Assembly (NCBI GenBank): GCA_964611355.1
Contig: CAZSYD010000010.1
Location: 1-64,000 of the forward strand
Direction of reading: 5' to 3'
DNA length: 64,000 nt
Source: an uncultured Ignavibacteriales bacterium
GTDB taxonomy: Bacteria > Zixibacteria > MSB-5A5 > GN15 > JAAZOE01
Part shown: in pieces, positions 8,482-17,568 of the stretch
How positions within the stretch are numbered: the stretch's first letter is position 1
How the letters are laid out: each line of letters opens with the position of its first letter
Made by a program: the position numbers and the translations under genes
The notes under the pieces: model-generated
The model's input: the letters and a program-made list of their open reading frames with translations, nothing else
The model's database searches: none
What the model was told of the DNA's origin: nothing

Positions 8482-11388
8482 ATGAAACAGGTTCGGACAC
8501 TTATACTGATTACCGCCATACTGGTTCTGGTTATCGCTCAGGCGGCTGAGGCGGTTTCCAACGCCGCCGTGCTTTACCTTCGGGTGGCGGCCGGATCCCG
8601 TCCGGCCGGCATGGGTGAAGCGTTTGCTTCGATTGCGGATGATGCTACGGCCACCTATTGGAATCCGGCTGGTCTGGGTAATGCCCCCATCGCGGGGGTA
8701 CTGACGACTGCGGTGCTGCCCGACAGGTATGGCGATATAACCGATGTCATTACCATGGAAGGAGCGATGGGGCGTGTCGAAACCTGGGTTATCGCCGGCG
8801 GCCGACTTCTGATGTTCGACGGCAATAACTGGAGTTCCGGCACCGAGTATCCGACTTCATCGGATCAAATGCTGGAAGATTTTCTTAAGACGATCATCGA
8901 TATAGAAGATGAAGAAAAGCTTGAAAACATGGCTGTCGGTGTAATAGACGCCAATTGCGCCGTTACCGAGGCGGAACTTGATACCTTTATAGAAATAGTC
9001 CAGACGTGGGTAACTGAGGATTACGACGCTCACGATGACCTGATTAATGGTTTGGAAAAACTGAAGGAAGGTTACCACGCCTGTTTATTGAATACGGAAC
9101 ATTTCCGCAGCCTGCAGGACAAGCTCAACGATGGTCTTAAAGACAGCGTCATGACCTCCGAGGAGCTTGACCGGATAACTTACTCTCTTGATCGCGTTGT
9201 TAATCGTTTTCTCCCGAGCCGATTGATCGTTCCTCATTCGACCGGTATCGGCGCCGACCTGACCTGCCTGGGTAAATCGGGGAAATACCTCTGGGTCGGA
9301 ACCAATGACGGCCTTTACCGGCGCGCGGGAAAAGCCTGGGCGCGGTTTTCAACCGACGATGTTCTGCCTTCCAATAATATCTCATGTATGGACAACAGCG
9401 GTGATTATCTGCTGATCGGCACCGATCAAGGCCTGGTACTCTACTATCATGGCTCATTTACCGGCTTCGATTACCTGCCGAAAGAACCGGTTGAGCAGAT
9501 AACTTTCACGGCAACCGATAACGGCTATGCCGTTATTGGCGGCGTAATCTATTCGTATGACGGACAGGGTTGGACCGACAGCTACGATTACGAAGTCCGC
9601 ATTGATGATAATATGGAAAAACTGATCGCCAGGGCGGGAGTGTATCATACTTCGGAGGAGTATGAATACCTGGAACGGAAAATCAGGGAACTCAATCGGC
9701 CGCAGTCATTGGAAACGGCGGCCGCCGCGGGTGAAGAGGCTGAATCGACGGAGGAGGGTCCGCCCGCCGATTCCCTTGCGGTTGATGCTGAACAGGCCGA
9801 GATCGAAGAGGTTGTTGAATCTGTCTCCGATACCGCTGCAGTATCAAAGGCAATAGAAGGTGAAGAAGGCGAAACTGTCGATGAATCTGAGCAGGCCGAG
9901 GTCAAAGAGGTTGTTGAACCTGTCTTGGACACCGCCGCAGTATCAGAGGCGATAGAAGGTGAAGAGGGTGAAGTTGTTGACGAATCCGAACAGGCAGAGG
10001 CTCTTGATGCTGAAGATGCGGAAATTCCTGAACACGGACTCGACTGGCTGGTCGAGGGCAACGTAATTCAATTGCCCTATTCACCTCGCTTACGGTATGA
10101 AGTAACCGCCATGACGGTGGATTTATACAACAATCTCTGGGTCGGCACTACTAACGGGCTTCTATCGTTTATAGGCAAAAACTGGACGCGATACGGATAC
10201 GACCGGTTTATGGTTCCGGTCGGAGGAGATTCGTTGAATGAGGCTGTTGCCATGACCGCTGAAGAGATCGCCCGTCATTATCTGCCCGGCGCCGATTCGA
10301 GCAGGATTGAGCTTCTGGCCGCCAATATAAATGATTACAATCAATTGAATGATGAATCAGTCCCTCCCGGCGAAACTATCTATGTTTACAACTCCAATAT
10401 CGGCGCATCTGTCCGGTCGACAGGCGAAGTTTTCGGTAATTTATACGCCGGTACCGAGTATGGTCTGGAAAAAATGACCGAAAGCGGGTGGGAAGAGGTT
10501 GGTTTCGAACAGCTTGACCAGAGGCAGGTTCTGGCGGCGTACGATTATGATGCCAAGGCTTATTACGTGTCTTCCCGGGGCATAACAACCGAAACGAGCG
10601 GGAGCCATGAACTTGTTCTGATGCACGTCAAATGGCTGCCCAACCTTGACCTGGATATGTACTACGAATTTTTGTCTTACGTGCATCACGTCCGTGGTAT
10701 CGGGACTTTCGGGGTTAGCGTAATTTACCTGACCTATGGGACGATTGAGTTTATGGATGAGCACGGAAACCCAACGGGGGAGGGACATCCGTTTGAAGTA
10801 ACCACCGCCTTATCGTACGGGTCATCACTAACGTCGAGTCTTAAATGGGGAATGACCGGGAAATTTATCCATTCCCATTTATCCGAACAGGGCGCCGGGC
10901 AGGAACGGGGAGAGGGTATTGCTTCCGCCTTTGCCTTCGATATGGGGATATTATATAAGATTTCCGAACGGTTTCAGTTTGGGGCGGCCATAAGCAACAT
11001 TGGTCCCAGGATTACTTATATCGACGCAGCCCAGTCCGATCCCCTGCCTCGCAATCTGGGCGTCGGCTTTTCATATAAACTGGTAAATTCCGCCTATAAC
11101 CGATTGACTATGCAGGTTGAAGCCAATAAGTTGCTGGTTGATATGAACGAGGGTTTGGGCAAGGAAATGGAAAACGCCATCCGCCACTTTGGCGCCGAGT
11201 ATTGCTACTCTAATCTTATTTCCTTGCGGGCCGGATATAAGTATGACAAGGAAGGCCAGGTAAAACATCTAACCTTTGGCGCGGGACTTAAACTGAGCGC
11301 GGCCCGGCTTGATTTTGCCTATGTGCCTTCATCGGAGGATTCTCCGCTGGCCAATACGCTGCGGATGTCATTCACGCTGGATTTGTAG
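8482..11388 (+). CDS. porV: PorV/PorQ-family outer membrane protein with a ~640-aa insertion
   Basis: N-terminal GSRPAGMGEAF..ADDATATYWNPAGL; C-terminal barrel from HELVLMHVKWLP with SNIGPRITY, DPLPRNL, GAEY, LRAGY, LTFGAG, SPLANTLRMS. Confidence 0.85.
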   Translation: MKQVRTLILITAILVLVIAQAAEAVSNAAVLYLRVAAGSRPAGMGEAFASIADDATATYWNPAGLGNAPIAGVLTTAVLPDRYGDITDVITMEGAMGRVETWVIAGGRLLMFDGNNWSSGTEYPTSSDQMLEDFLKTIIDIEDEEKLENMAVGVIDANCAVTEAELDTFIEIVQTWVTEDYDAHDDLINGLEKLKEGYHACLLNTEHFRSLQDKLNDGLKDSVMTSEELDRITYSLDRVVNRFLPSRLIVPHSTGIGADLTCLGKSGKYLWVGTNDGLYRRAGKAWARFSTDDVLPSNNISCMDNSGDYLLIGTDQGLVLYYHGSFTGFDYLPKEPVEQITFTATDNGYAVIGGVIYSYDGQGWTDSYDYEVRIDDNMEKLIARAGVYHTSEEYEYLERKIRELNRPQSLETAAAAGEEAESTEEGPPADSLAVDAEQAEIEEVVESVSDTAAVSKAIEGEEGETVDESEQAEVKEVVEPVLDTAAVSEAIEGEEGEVVDESEQAEALDAEDAEIPEHGLDWLVEGNVIQLPYSPRLRYEVTAMTVDLYNNLWVGTTNGLLSFIGKNWTRYGYDRFMVPVGGDSLNEAVAMTAEEIARHYLPGADSSRIELLAANINDYNQLNDESVPPGETIYVYNSNIGASVRSTGEVFGNLYAGTEYGLEKMTESGWEEVGFEQLDQRQVLAAYDYDAKAYYVSSRGITTETSGSHELVLMHVKWLPNLDLDMYYEFLSYVHHVRGIGTFGVSVIYLTYGTIEFMDEHGNPTGEGHPFEVTTALSYGSSLTSSLKWGMTGKFIHSHLSEQGAGQERGEGIASAFAFDMGILYKISERFQFGAAISNIGPRITYIDAAQSDPLPRNLGVGFSYKLVNSAYNRLTMQVEANKLLVDMNEGLGKEMENAIRHFGAEYCYSNLISLRAGYKYDKEGQVKHLTFGAGLKLSAARLDFAYVPSSEDSPLANTLRMSFTLDL
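9790..9999 (+). repeat. 99-bp (33-aa) acidic tandem repeat, about 2.1 copies, inside porV
   Basis: EQAEIEEVVESVSDTAAVSKAIEGEEGETVDES / EQAEVKEVVEPVLDTAAVSEAIEGEEGEVVDES / EQAE; units start at 9790, 9889 and 9988. Confidence 0.92.
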
Positions 11389-11448
11389 CCTGATTAAAAA
11401 TGGAGATTTTGACCGGCGGCTGGAAGCGGCCTTTATTGGTATCATAGG

Positions 11449-14400
11449 ATGAAACGGCATAAACTGATATTGTTCGCCTTGATCGGTTTTCTGCTTTTTC
11501 CCGGTTCTGTGCTGGGCGGGAAGATGCTGACGATTGATAAACGGGAAACGATCCCGGAGGATTCCCGAACCGCCGAAAATCACCGGGCCTTTTTCTCGGG
11601 CCGCTCGCGGGAGAACCTGCTTCAGCTTGAGCGAAAAACGCCCTTTGCATTCCCCAAAACGGCTATTCTGACCGGAGTGGTGGATACCATAAATATCCTT
11701 GCCATCAGGGTTGCTTTCGCCTGGGAGGATTCTGATGATCCGAATACCACCGGGCGGGGAACGTTTGACCTGCGCGATACGGCGACTTTTCTGCAGCAGG
11801 AAGGTCACGCCATGGATCCGGCCCCGCATAACCGGCATTACTTTGAAGCTCACCTGAGGGCGCTGAACCGTTACTGGAAAGTCGTTTCCAACGGTAAACT
11901 GCATCTTAATTACCAGGTCTGGCCGCAGGAATCGGATTCCTGTTATCATCTTGATTCGTCAATGGGACATTACGGTTCCCAGCCGCCCAATTTCGGGCTG
12001 GGAGAGTTTTTCCATAACGCTCTTAACAAGGCTTATGAAGTAGACGGCGGCAGCCTTGATTTTCGTGACGAGCGAGGGAGAAAAAAGGCAGTCGTCATTT
12101 TTCATGCCGGGGCGGATCAGCAGACCAATCTCTGGTTTTCGGAAACAAATACGCCTTACGACCTGTATACCGGTTTCGCTATTTTCGATTCTTTGAACTG
12201 GGTTGTTCTGGGCGAGGACACCATCGCCGAAGGAGTCATAATGCCGGAAACGATGACCCAGGATAACCGGGTCACCGTCATGAACGCCGTCATGGCGCAC
12301 GAGTTCGGGCATCAGCTTGGTTTGATAGATATCTACAACACCGGCAGCAGCCCGCTTTTGACCGAGGTCGGTGATTTCGCCCTGATGGATAACAACGGGT
12401 TGAATACGGCCGTTATCTTCGACGTTTACGGCGTGGGTGTGTTTGGTACCGTTCCGGTTTTTCCCTGCGCCTGGTCGCGCGCCTTCCTCGGATTTGATGA
12501 AGCGGTCGAGTACCGGCAGGGAACGTCAATCGAACTGGCGGCGGTCAAGATGCTTACTTCCGGTACGAAAGTCGCCAGGATACCGATCTCTTCAGCCGAA
12601 TATTACCTGCTTGAAAACCGCCGTTCCGACGTTGACGGAGAAGTGGAAGGATTGCAGCTTGACAGTTCGTCCAATGTTATCTTGGGCCCGGTTAAACGCG
12701 ATTTGGGCGGCGACAGCCTGATTCCCCTGCGCGAATATGACCTTAACATTCCGGAAGGTTCGGCCGGGATTGCCATCTGGCATGTTGACGAAGGCGTGGC
12801 GGCGGCGGATTATTTCCCCTTTGATATCTTTGATAACAATTTCAACGCCAACACCCTCCAGTGGGATCGCCGTCGGCGCTTCGTCAGGCTGGTGGAGGCC
12901 GACGGCAATATCGACTTCGGCGGCAATTACCATCGGGGTTTCGGGAAACCTCAGGACCTGTTTTACGAGGGGAATAATACTACTTTTGGCACTTATACAA
13001 ATCCGCCGAGTATTTCCAACGACGGCGGCTATACGCATATAACCATCTCAAATATATCGGCCCCGGCTATGACGATGACCTTTGATCTTTCGCAGGATCG
13101 AATGGCCGAAGCCTTCCCGCGGAGAATATCGATACCGACAAGTCCCGACCTTTCGCCGGTGGCGGCCGATCTTGACGGCGACGGCGATGATGAAATCCTG
13201 ACCGTCTCCGGCAAAAAGATACTGGCGCTTTTCGCCGACGGCCGCGATTTTCTCGATTCCCTGGGCATCCAAAAAGATTATGATACCGTTTACTGCCCGA
13301 TCAATTCGACTACGAATGTTAACTCTGAGCGTCCTATAGGTTTTACTGTCGAGCCTATGCCGATCTTCGCCGAGGTGCAGGATAATATCACGATCAGTCC
13401 GGTGGTGGCAACCTTTGGAGATACAACCATAGTTCTTGTGGGTACGCGCTTTGGGATGACTTACGCTTTTCTGACCACACCGTACTCATTCGGTATTCCG
13501 GACATGTTTCGTGCGCGAAGGTACTGGATCCGGTTTGTATCTGCCAGTGAGGTAAAGACGATTATTCCCGACGAGCATAATAATATTATTCATGTATTTC
13601 ATCGAAACGGGGAGGTAGTATCCTCTTTATGGGACAGCGTCAGTTCCGTTGCTGATACCAATGTTACGCGATTCAGCGGAGATATCACCGGCGCCTGCCG
13701 CTTTGGCGACGGCATGGCCGTAATTACCGAGTCGGGTGACGGTTCGATTCTTTATATGATGCGCGATGTCGGCGTTGCGCATCTGGACAACCGCGATACA
13801 TTAATTGCCGACAGTATTATCATTGCCGGTGAAACCGGGTTTCATCCGCCGATCGCGACCGATTTTAATCGCGACGGTATAGATGAGATTGTTCTGCTTT
13901 CGCATAACGGCCATGTCCTTTGCTACAGCTTTGATCCGTCTGGAATTGAAAAATACCAGCCTCTTGATATTTTTACCAATGATACCGCTGCCACTGGGCC
14001 GGTTGCAGGTGATTTTTCCGGAAATGGGTATCCCGAACTGATTATTCCCGGTACCAACCGGCTGTACGGGTATAATCGGGAAGGATTAACTGCTCTCGAT
14101 TTTCCGCTGACCGTCGATGACGGGCGTCCGGGTCAGCTAATTGTTTCCGGGCCGATTATATCCGATATCAGCGGCAACGGTTTCCCCGATATCGCCGTGG
14201 CGACTCTCGACTCTGCGGTTTATCCGAAGACGGCCATGATTTTTTATCTTGATACTCTCAGTTCGCCCGATACGACCTATCTTCGCACCAAAGATACGAC
14301 TTACTATTATTACAATTACTTCAGCAATATCTATGTCGTATCTCCCGGAAATTTTCGCGTTGACGGTTTCCCCGTTCCGGCGGGAATGTACGGCATAAAA

Positions 14401-14907
14401 TCACTTCGGGATACGGTGCTGGGCGTCGGCGCCCCGCTTCATCTTGAAGTCGAAAACGAAGGTTATCTGGTCAGTTGCGGCGGCGACGGTTGGTTGAATG
14501 CCTGGCGATGCGGCTGGACCGACGAGGCCGCCTTCTGGCCGATGGCGGGGCGTACGGCGGACGGCGCCGCTTACCTGCCCCTTGAAGAGCTTGGACAGGA
14601 AAGCGCCCTGTCGGAGTTATTACCCGAAGCACGATTCTTCGGTTACCCAAACCCGGCTACCGGAGAGAAAACGACTATTCGTTACTACGTCAGCCAGCCG
14701 GCCAGAGTAACCGTCACCATATTTGACGCCCTGGGTGATAAGGTCGCCGAAATGAAAAAAGAGGTTGCCGACGGCAACCGCGAAGACGAAATTCCCTGGA
14801 ATCTGGCCGGTGTCGCTTCCGGCGTGTATCATTGCCGCCTGGAGGCGGTCGCTCTTTCGGGTTCCGAACAAGCGGTAGCGTTTAAGAATATCGCGGTGGT
14901 AAAATAA
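11449..14907 (+). CDS. M6 (immune inhibitor A-like) metalloprotease with FG-GAP repeats and T9SS type A CTD
   Basis: IFHAG, HEFGHQLGLIDIY, EYYLLENR, IWHVDE, LVEADG; DLDGDGDDEI and DFNRDGIDEI repeats; GYPNP...ASGVY CTD. Confidence 0.85.
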   Translation: MKRHKLILFALIGFLLFPGSVLGGKMLTIDKRETIPEDSRTAENHRAFFSGRSRENLLQLERKTPFAFPKTAILTGVVDTINILAIRVAFAWEDSDDPNTTGRGTFDLRDTATFLQQEGHAMDPAPHNRHYFEAHLRALNRYWKVVSNGKLHLNYQVWPQESDSCYHLDSSMGHYGSQPPNFGLGEFFHNALNKAYEVDGGSLDFRDERGRKKAVVIFHAGADQQTNLWFSETNTPYDLYTGFAIFDSLNWVVLGEDTIAEGVIMPETMTQDNRVTVMNAVMAHEFGHQLGLIDIYNTGSSPLLTEVGDFALMDNNGLNTAVIFDVYGVGVFGTVPVFPCAWSRAFLGFDEAVEYRQGTSIELAAVKMLTSGTKVARIPISSAEYYLLENRRSDVDGEVEGLQLDSSSNVILGPVKRDLGGDSLIPLREYDLNIPEGSAGIAIWHVDEGVAAADYFPFDIFDNNFNANTLQWDRRRRFVRLVEADGNIDFGGNYHRGFGKPQDLFYEGNNTTFGTYTNPPSISNDGGYTHITISNISAPAMTMTFDLSQDRMAEAFPRRISIPTSPDLSPVAADLDGDGDDEILTVSGKKILALFADGRDFLDSLGIQKDYDTVYCPINSTTNVNSERPIGFTVEPMPIFAEVQDNITISPVVATFGDTTIVLVGTRFGMTYAFLTTPYSFGIPDMFRARRYWIRFVSASEVKTIIPDEHNNIIHVFHRNGEVVSSLWDSVSSVADTNVTRFSGDITGACRFGDGMAVITESGDGSILYMMRDVGVAHLDNRDTLIADSIIIAGETGFHPPIATDFNRDGIDEIVLLSHNGHVLCYSFDPSGIEKYQPLDIFTNDTAATGPVAGDFSGNGYPELIIPGTNRLYGYNREGLTALDFPLTVDDGRPGQLIVSGPIISDISGNGFPDIAVATLDSAVYPKTAMIFYLDTLSSPDTTYLRTKDTTYYYYNYFSNIYVVSPGNFRVDGFPVPAGMYGIKSLRDTVLGVGAPLHLEVENEGYLVSCGGDGWLNAWRCGWTDEAAFWPMAGRTADGAAYLPLEELGQESALSELLPEARFFGYPNPATGEKTTIRYYVSQPARVTVTIFDALGDKVAEMKKEVADGNREDEIPWNLAGVASGVYHCRLEAVALSGSEQAVAFKNIAVVK

Positions 14908-14917
14908 GGGGGAAATC

Positions 14918-15790
14918 GTGCGTTATTGTTCGAAATATAAAATTATTCCGGCGTTGACTCTTATTTTGGCTATTGTTTCCGGGGCGGCGTTTGCTTCGTC
15001 CGGCGCGCCGAAGAGTACCATTTTCATGCAGAATAACAGCGCCGCTGTCAGCAGCTATTTTACACGATTAAAAGGTGAGAATCTTATCTTTCGCCAAATA
15101 CAAAATAACACCGACCCGTCTTCGAGTTTTGACATTCGTGATTCCGGCGCTGCAAAAGAAGTGGATACAGATAAAAAGAATGTCAGGAAAGCGTTTCTCT
15201 ATTCGTTTGTCATTCCCGGCGCCGGGCAGATGTATACCGGTTCCAAAATCAAGGCGGTTTTGTTCCTCGGCGTCGAAGCGCTGGGATGGACAGGATATTT
15301 TACTTATCAGGGCCGTGGAGATGATAAGACAGGGATTTTTGAAGACTATGCCAATACTTACTGGTCGCGCCAGCAATATGCGGCGTTTCTGGATTCGGTT
15401 CCGCCGGAATACCATTTCACTCACGAACTTCCCGCAACCAACACGCAGCAGTATTATGAAATGATCGGCAAATACGATCAGTTTGTCTATGGCTGGGACG
15501 ATACCGAACCGCAGCCGCCCGATTATGAAAACATAGGCATCGCTTATTCGGCCCATCGCCTGCATTACGAGGATATGCGCCACGACGCCAATAAACAATA
15601 TGACCGGGCCACCAAGTCGCTTATCCTGGTAATGTTCAATCATCTGGTTTCCGGATTCGAGGCGGCTCTGTCGGCTAAAAGGCATAACGACCGGGTTGCT
15701 ATGCCGGCAGGCGGTATTTCGATAGAAGCGCAGATGGCCAGGATAGACTATGAACAAATTCCAATGTTGACCATGACTTACACGTTTTAG
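14918..15790 (+). CDS. Exported/membrane protein, DUF5683-like
   Basis: Signal peptide; KAFLYSFVIPGAGQMYTG; QQYYEMIGKY; C-terminal Phe. Confidence 0.65.
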   Translation: MRYCSKYKIIPALTLILAIVSGAAFASSGAPKSTIFMQNNSAAVSSYFTRLKGENLIFRQIQNNTDPSSSFDIRDSGAAKEVDTDKKNVRKAFLYSFVIPGAGQMYTGSKIKAVLFLGVEALGWTGYFTYQGRGDDKTGIFEDYANTYWSRQQYAAFLDSVPPEYHFTHELPATNTQQYYEMIGKYDQFVYGWDDTEPQPPDYENIGIAYSAHRLHYEDMRHDANKQYDRATKSLILVMFNHLVSGFEAALSAKRHNDRVAMPAGGISIEAQMARIDYEQIPMLTMTYTF

Positions 15791-15793
15791 ATT

Positions 15794-16591
15794 ATGAAAA
15801 AACGCATCTTACTTGCAGGTATTATTATTCTCCTTGTTCATTCGGCTGTATGCCGTGCCGGCGATGATATCCGACTGTCGCCGGGCCTGTTGAAACCGCT
15901 TCCTTTGATTACGAATAGCCTGTCCGCTGCTGCGGCTAGTGCGCAGCAGTCCGGTTCGGATCGGTCATTCATCGATATGTCAAGACCTGCCGCAGCCAAA
16001 GAAATATCAATGAAAAAAGCGATGTTTCTTTCGATCCTCGTGCCGGGAGCCGGTGAATATTACGCCGGGTCAACGTTTAAGGGTCAGGTTTTTATGGGCG
16101 TTGAGCTGGCCATCTGGTCCGGATTTATCGCCTATCGGGTTTACGGGGGGTGGAAGAAGAACGACTACAAGGACTACGCCTCCGCTCGTGCCGAACTGGA
16201 TAACAGCGGCAAGGACGACGAGTTTTACGACTGGGTCGGCTTTTATGACAGCCGCGAGGAGTTTAATCTGTTGGGTCGCCTCTATTATCCCGATCGACCC
16301 TATCTGCCCGATACCCGATATTACCACTGGCAATGGGAATCGGAAAAAGATCGATTCCGTTTCAAAGACCTTAAAGATGCCTCAAGAAAGGCTTTTCGCA
16401 ACTCCACTTTCATGCTGGGACTGGCCGCTCTGAACCGGCTTATTTCCGGTATTGACACCTATCGCACGGTCAGGGCGGCCCGCAGAACGGTCAGTTCCCT
16501 GACACAATTCGGCGATTACAAGTTGAAAGTGTCGCCGCGGCTATCATTCAAAGATCCCGGCGTGAAAATATCGTTGTCGCGGAAATTTTAG
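15794..16591 (+). CDS. Exported/membrane protein, DUF5683-like, paralogue of the upstream gene
   Basis: Signal peptide; KAMFLSILVPGAGEYYAG; LNRLISGID; C-terminal Phe. Confidence 0.65.
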   Translation: MKKRILLAGIIILLVHSAVCRAGDDIRLSPGLLKPLPLITNSLSAAAASAQQSGSDRSFIDMSRPAAAKEISMKKAMFLSILVPGAGEYYAGSTFKGQVFMGVELAIWSGFIAYRVYGGWKKNDYKDYASARAELDNSGKDDEFYDWVGFYDSREEFNLLGRLYYPDRPYLPDTRYYHWQWESEKDRFRFKDLKDASRKAFRNSTFMLGLAALNRLISGIDTYRTVRAARRTVSSLTQFGDYKLKVSPRLSFKDPGVKISLSRKF

Positions 16592-16593
16592 GC

Positions 16594-17568
16594 ATGCGCA
16601 TCTTATCGGCCATGCTCAGCTTCCTGGTTTTGCTCTCCTGTCACAGTTCATCACCCCCGATACCGGCAGAAACGGAAACGCCTGTCAAAGTCCCCCGGCA
16701 ACTGGTCTTCGAGCGCGAAGTATCCGGCCGTGTCATGGCCTATGACCTGAAACGTCCTTCCGGTCTGGCATTAAGCGTTACCGGCGACCTGTACATTTCC
16801 GACACCGGAAATCATCGCCTTATCAAGCTTGACCGCCGATTGAATCCGGTGCGTGACTACGGCGGTTATGGAAGCGGCATCGGCAAATTCCAAAATCCGG
16901 AAGATATAGTCATTGACCGCGGTCTTAATCTGTATGTTCTCGACACCGGTAACAGGCGGGTCGTCCAGCTTGACGCTAACCTGAATTATGTCGATGATTT
17001 CAAAGCCGAAGATGATCCGGAAGAAATAATTTCCACGCTGGGTAAACTTTCCGGCGTGCAGGTTTCATCTCTTGGCGAAATAACGGTTGCCGATTATGAT
17101 AATTCCCGCCTGATCAGGATGGATAATTTCAAACGATTCAGCCGCTATATCGGCGATTTTGGTTACGGAGAAGGTTCTTTGCTCAACCCGCTCGGCCTGG
17201 CCGCCGACAAGAAAGGCCGAATCTATGTAGCCGACGCCGGCAACGGCCGCATTGCCGTTTATGATGATTACGGCAATTATCTTTTCCGGTTCGGCCGCGA
17301 TAAACTTGGGTGTCCTTCGGCTGTCGCCGTTTCGCCAACCGGAATTATCTGGGTGTCCGACATGGAACGGCAATCTCTATTTGCTTTTGGGCTCGACGGT
17401 CGGCTGTTGATGCAAATGGGCGGGGGCGGGGCCGGGGCCGCACGTGATGAGTATGAGTTCAACAACGTCGAGGCAATAGCCGTTTCCCCGGACGGCTATC
17501 TTTACGTTGCCGACAGCGGCAATAACCGGGTGTTGGTCTATCGTATAATATATGAGGAAAACCGGTAA
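16594..17568 (+). CDS. NHL-repeat beta-propeller lipoprotein
   Basis: Lipobox LLSC; repeats LYISDTGNHR, LYVLDTGNRR, IYVADAGNGR, LYVADSGNNR. Confidence 0.88.
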   Translation: MRILSAMLSFLVLLSCHSSSPPIPAETETPVKVPRQLVFEREVSGRVMAYDLKRPSGLALSVTGDLYISDTGNHRLIKLDRRLNPVRDYGGYGSGIGKFQNPEDIVIDRGLNLYVLDTGNRRVVQLDANLNYVDDFKAEDDPEEIISTLGKLSGVQVSSLGEITVADYDNSRLIRMDNFKRFSRYIGDFGYGEGSLLNPLGLAADKKGRIYVADAGNGRIAVYDDYGNYLFRFGRDKLGCPSAVAVSPTGIIWVSDMERQSLFAFGLDGRLLMQMGGGGAGAARDEYEFNNVEAIAVSPDGYLYVADSGNNRVLVYRIIYEENR

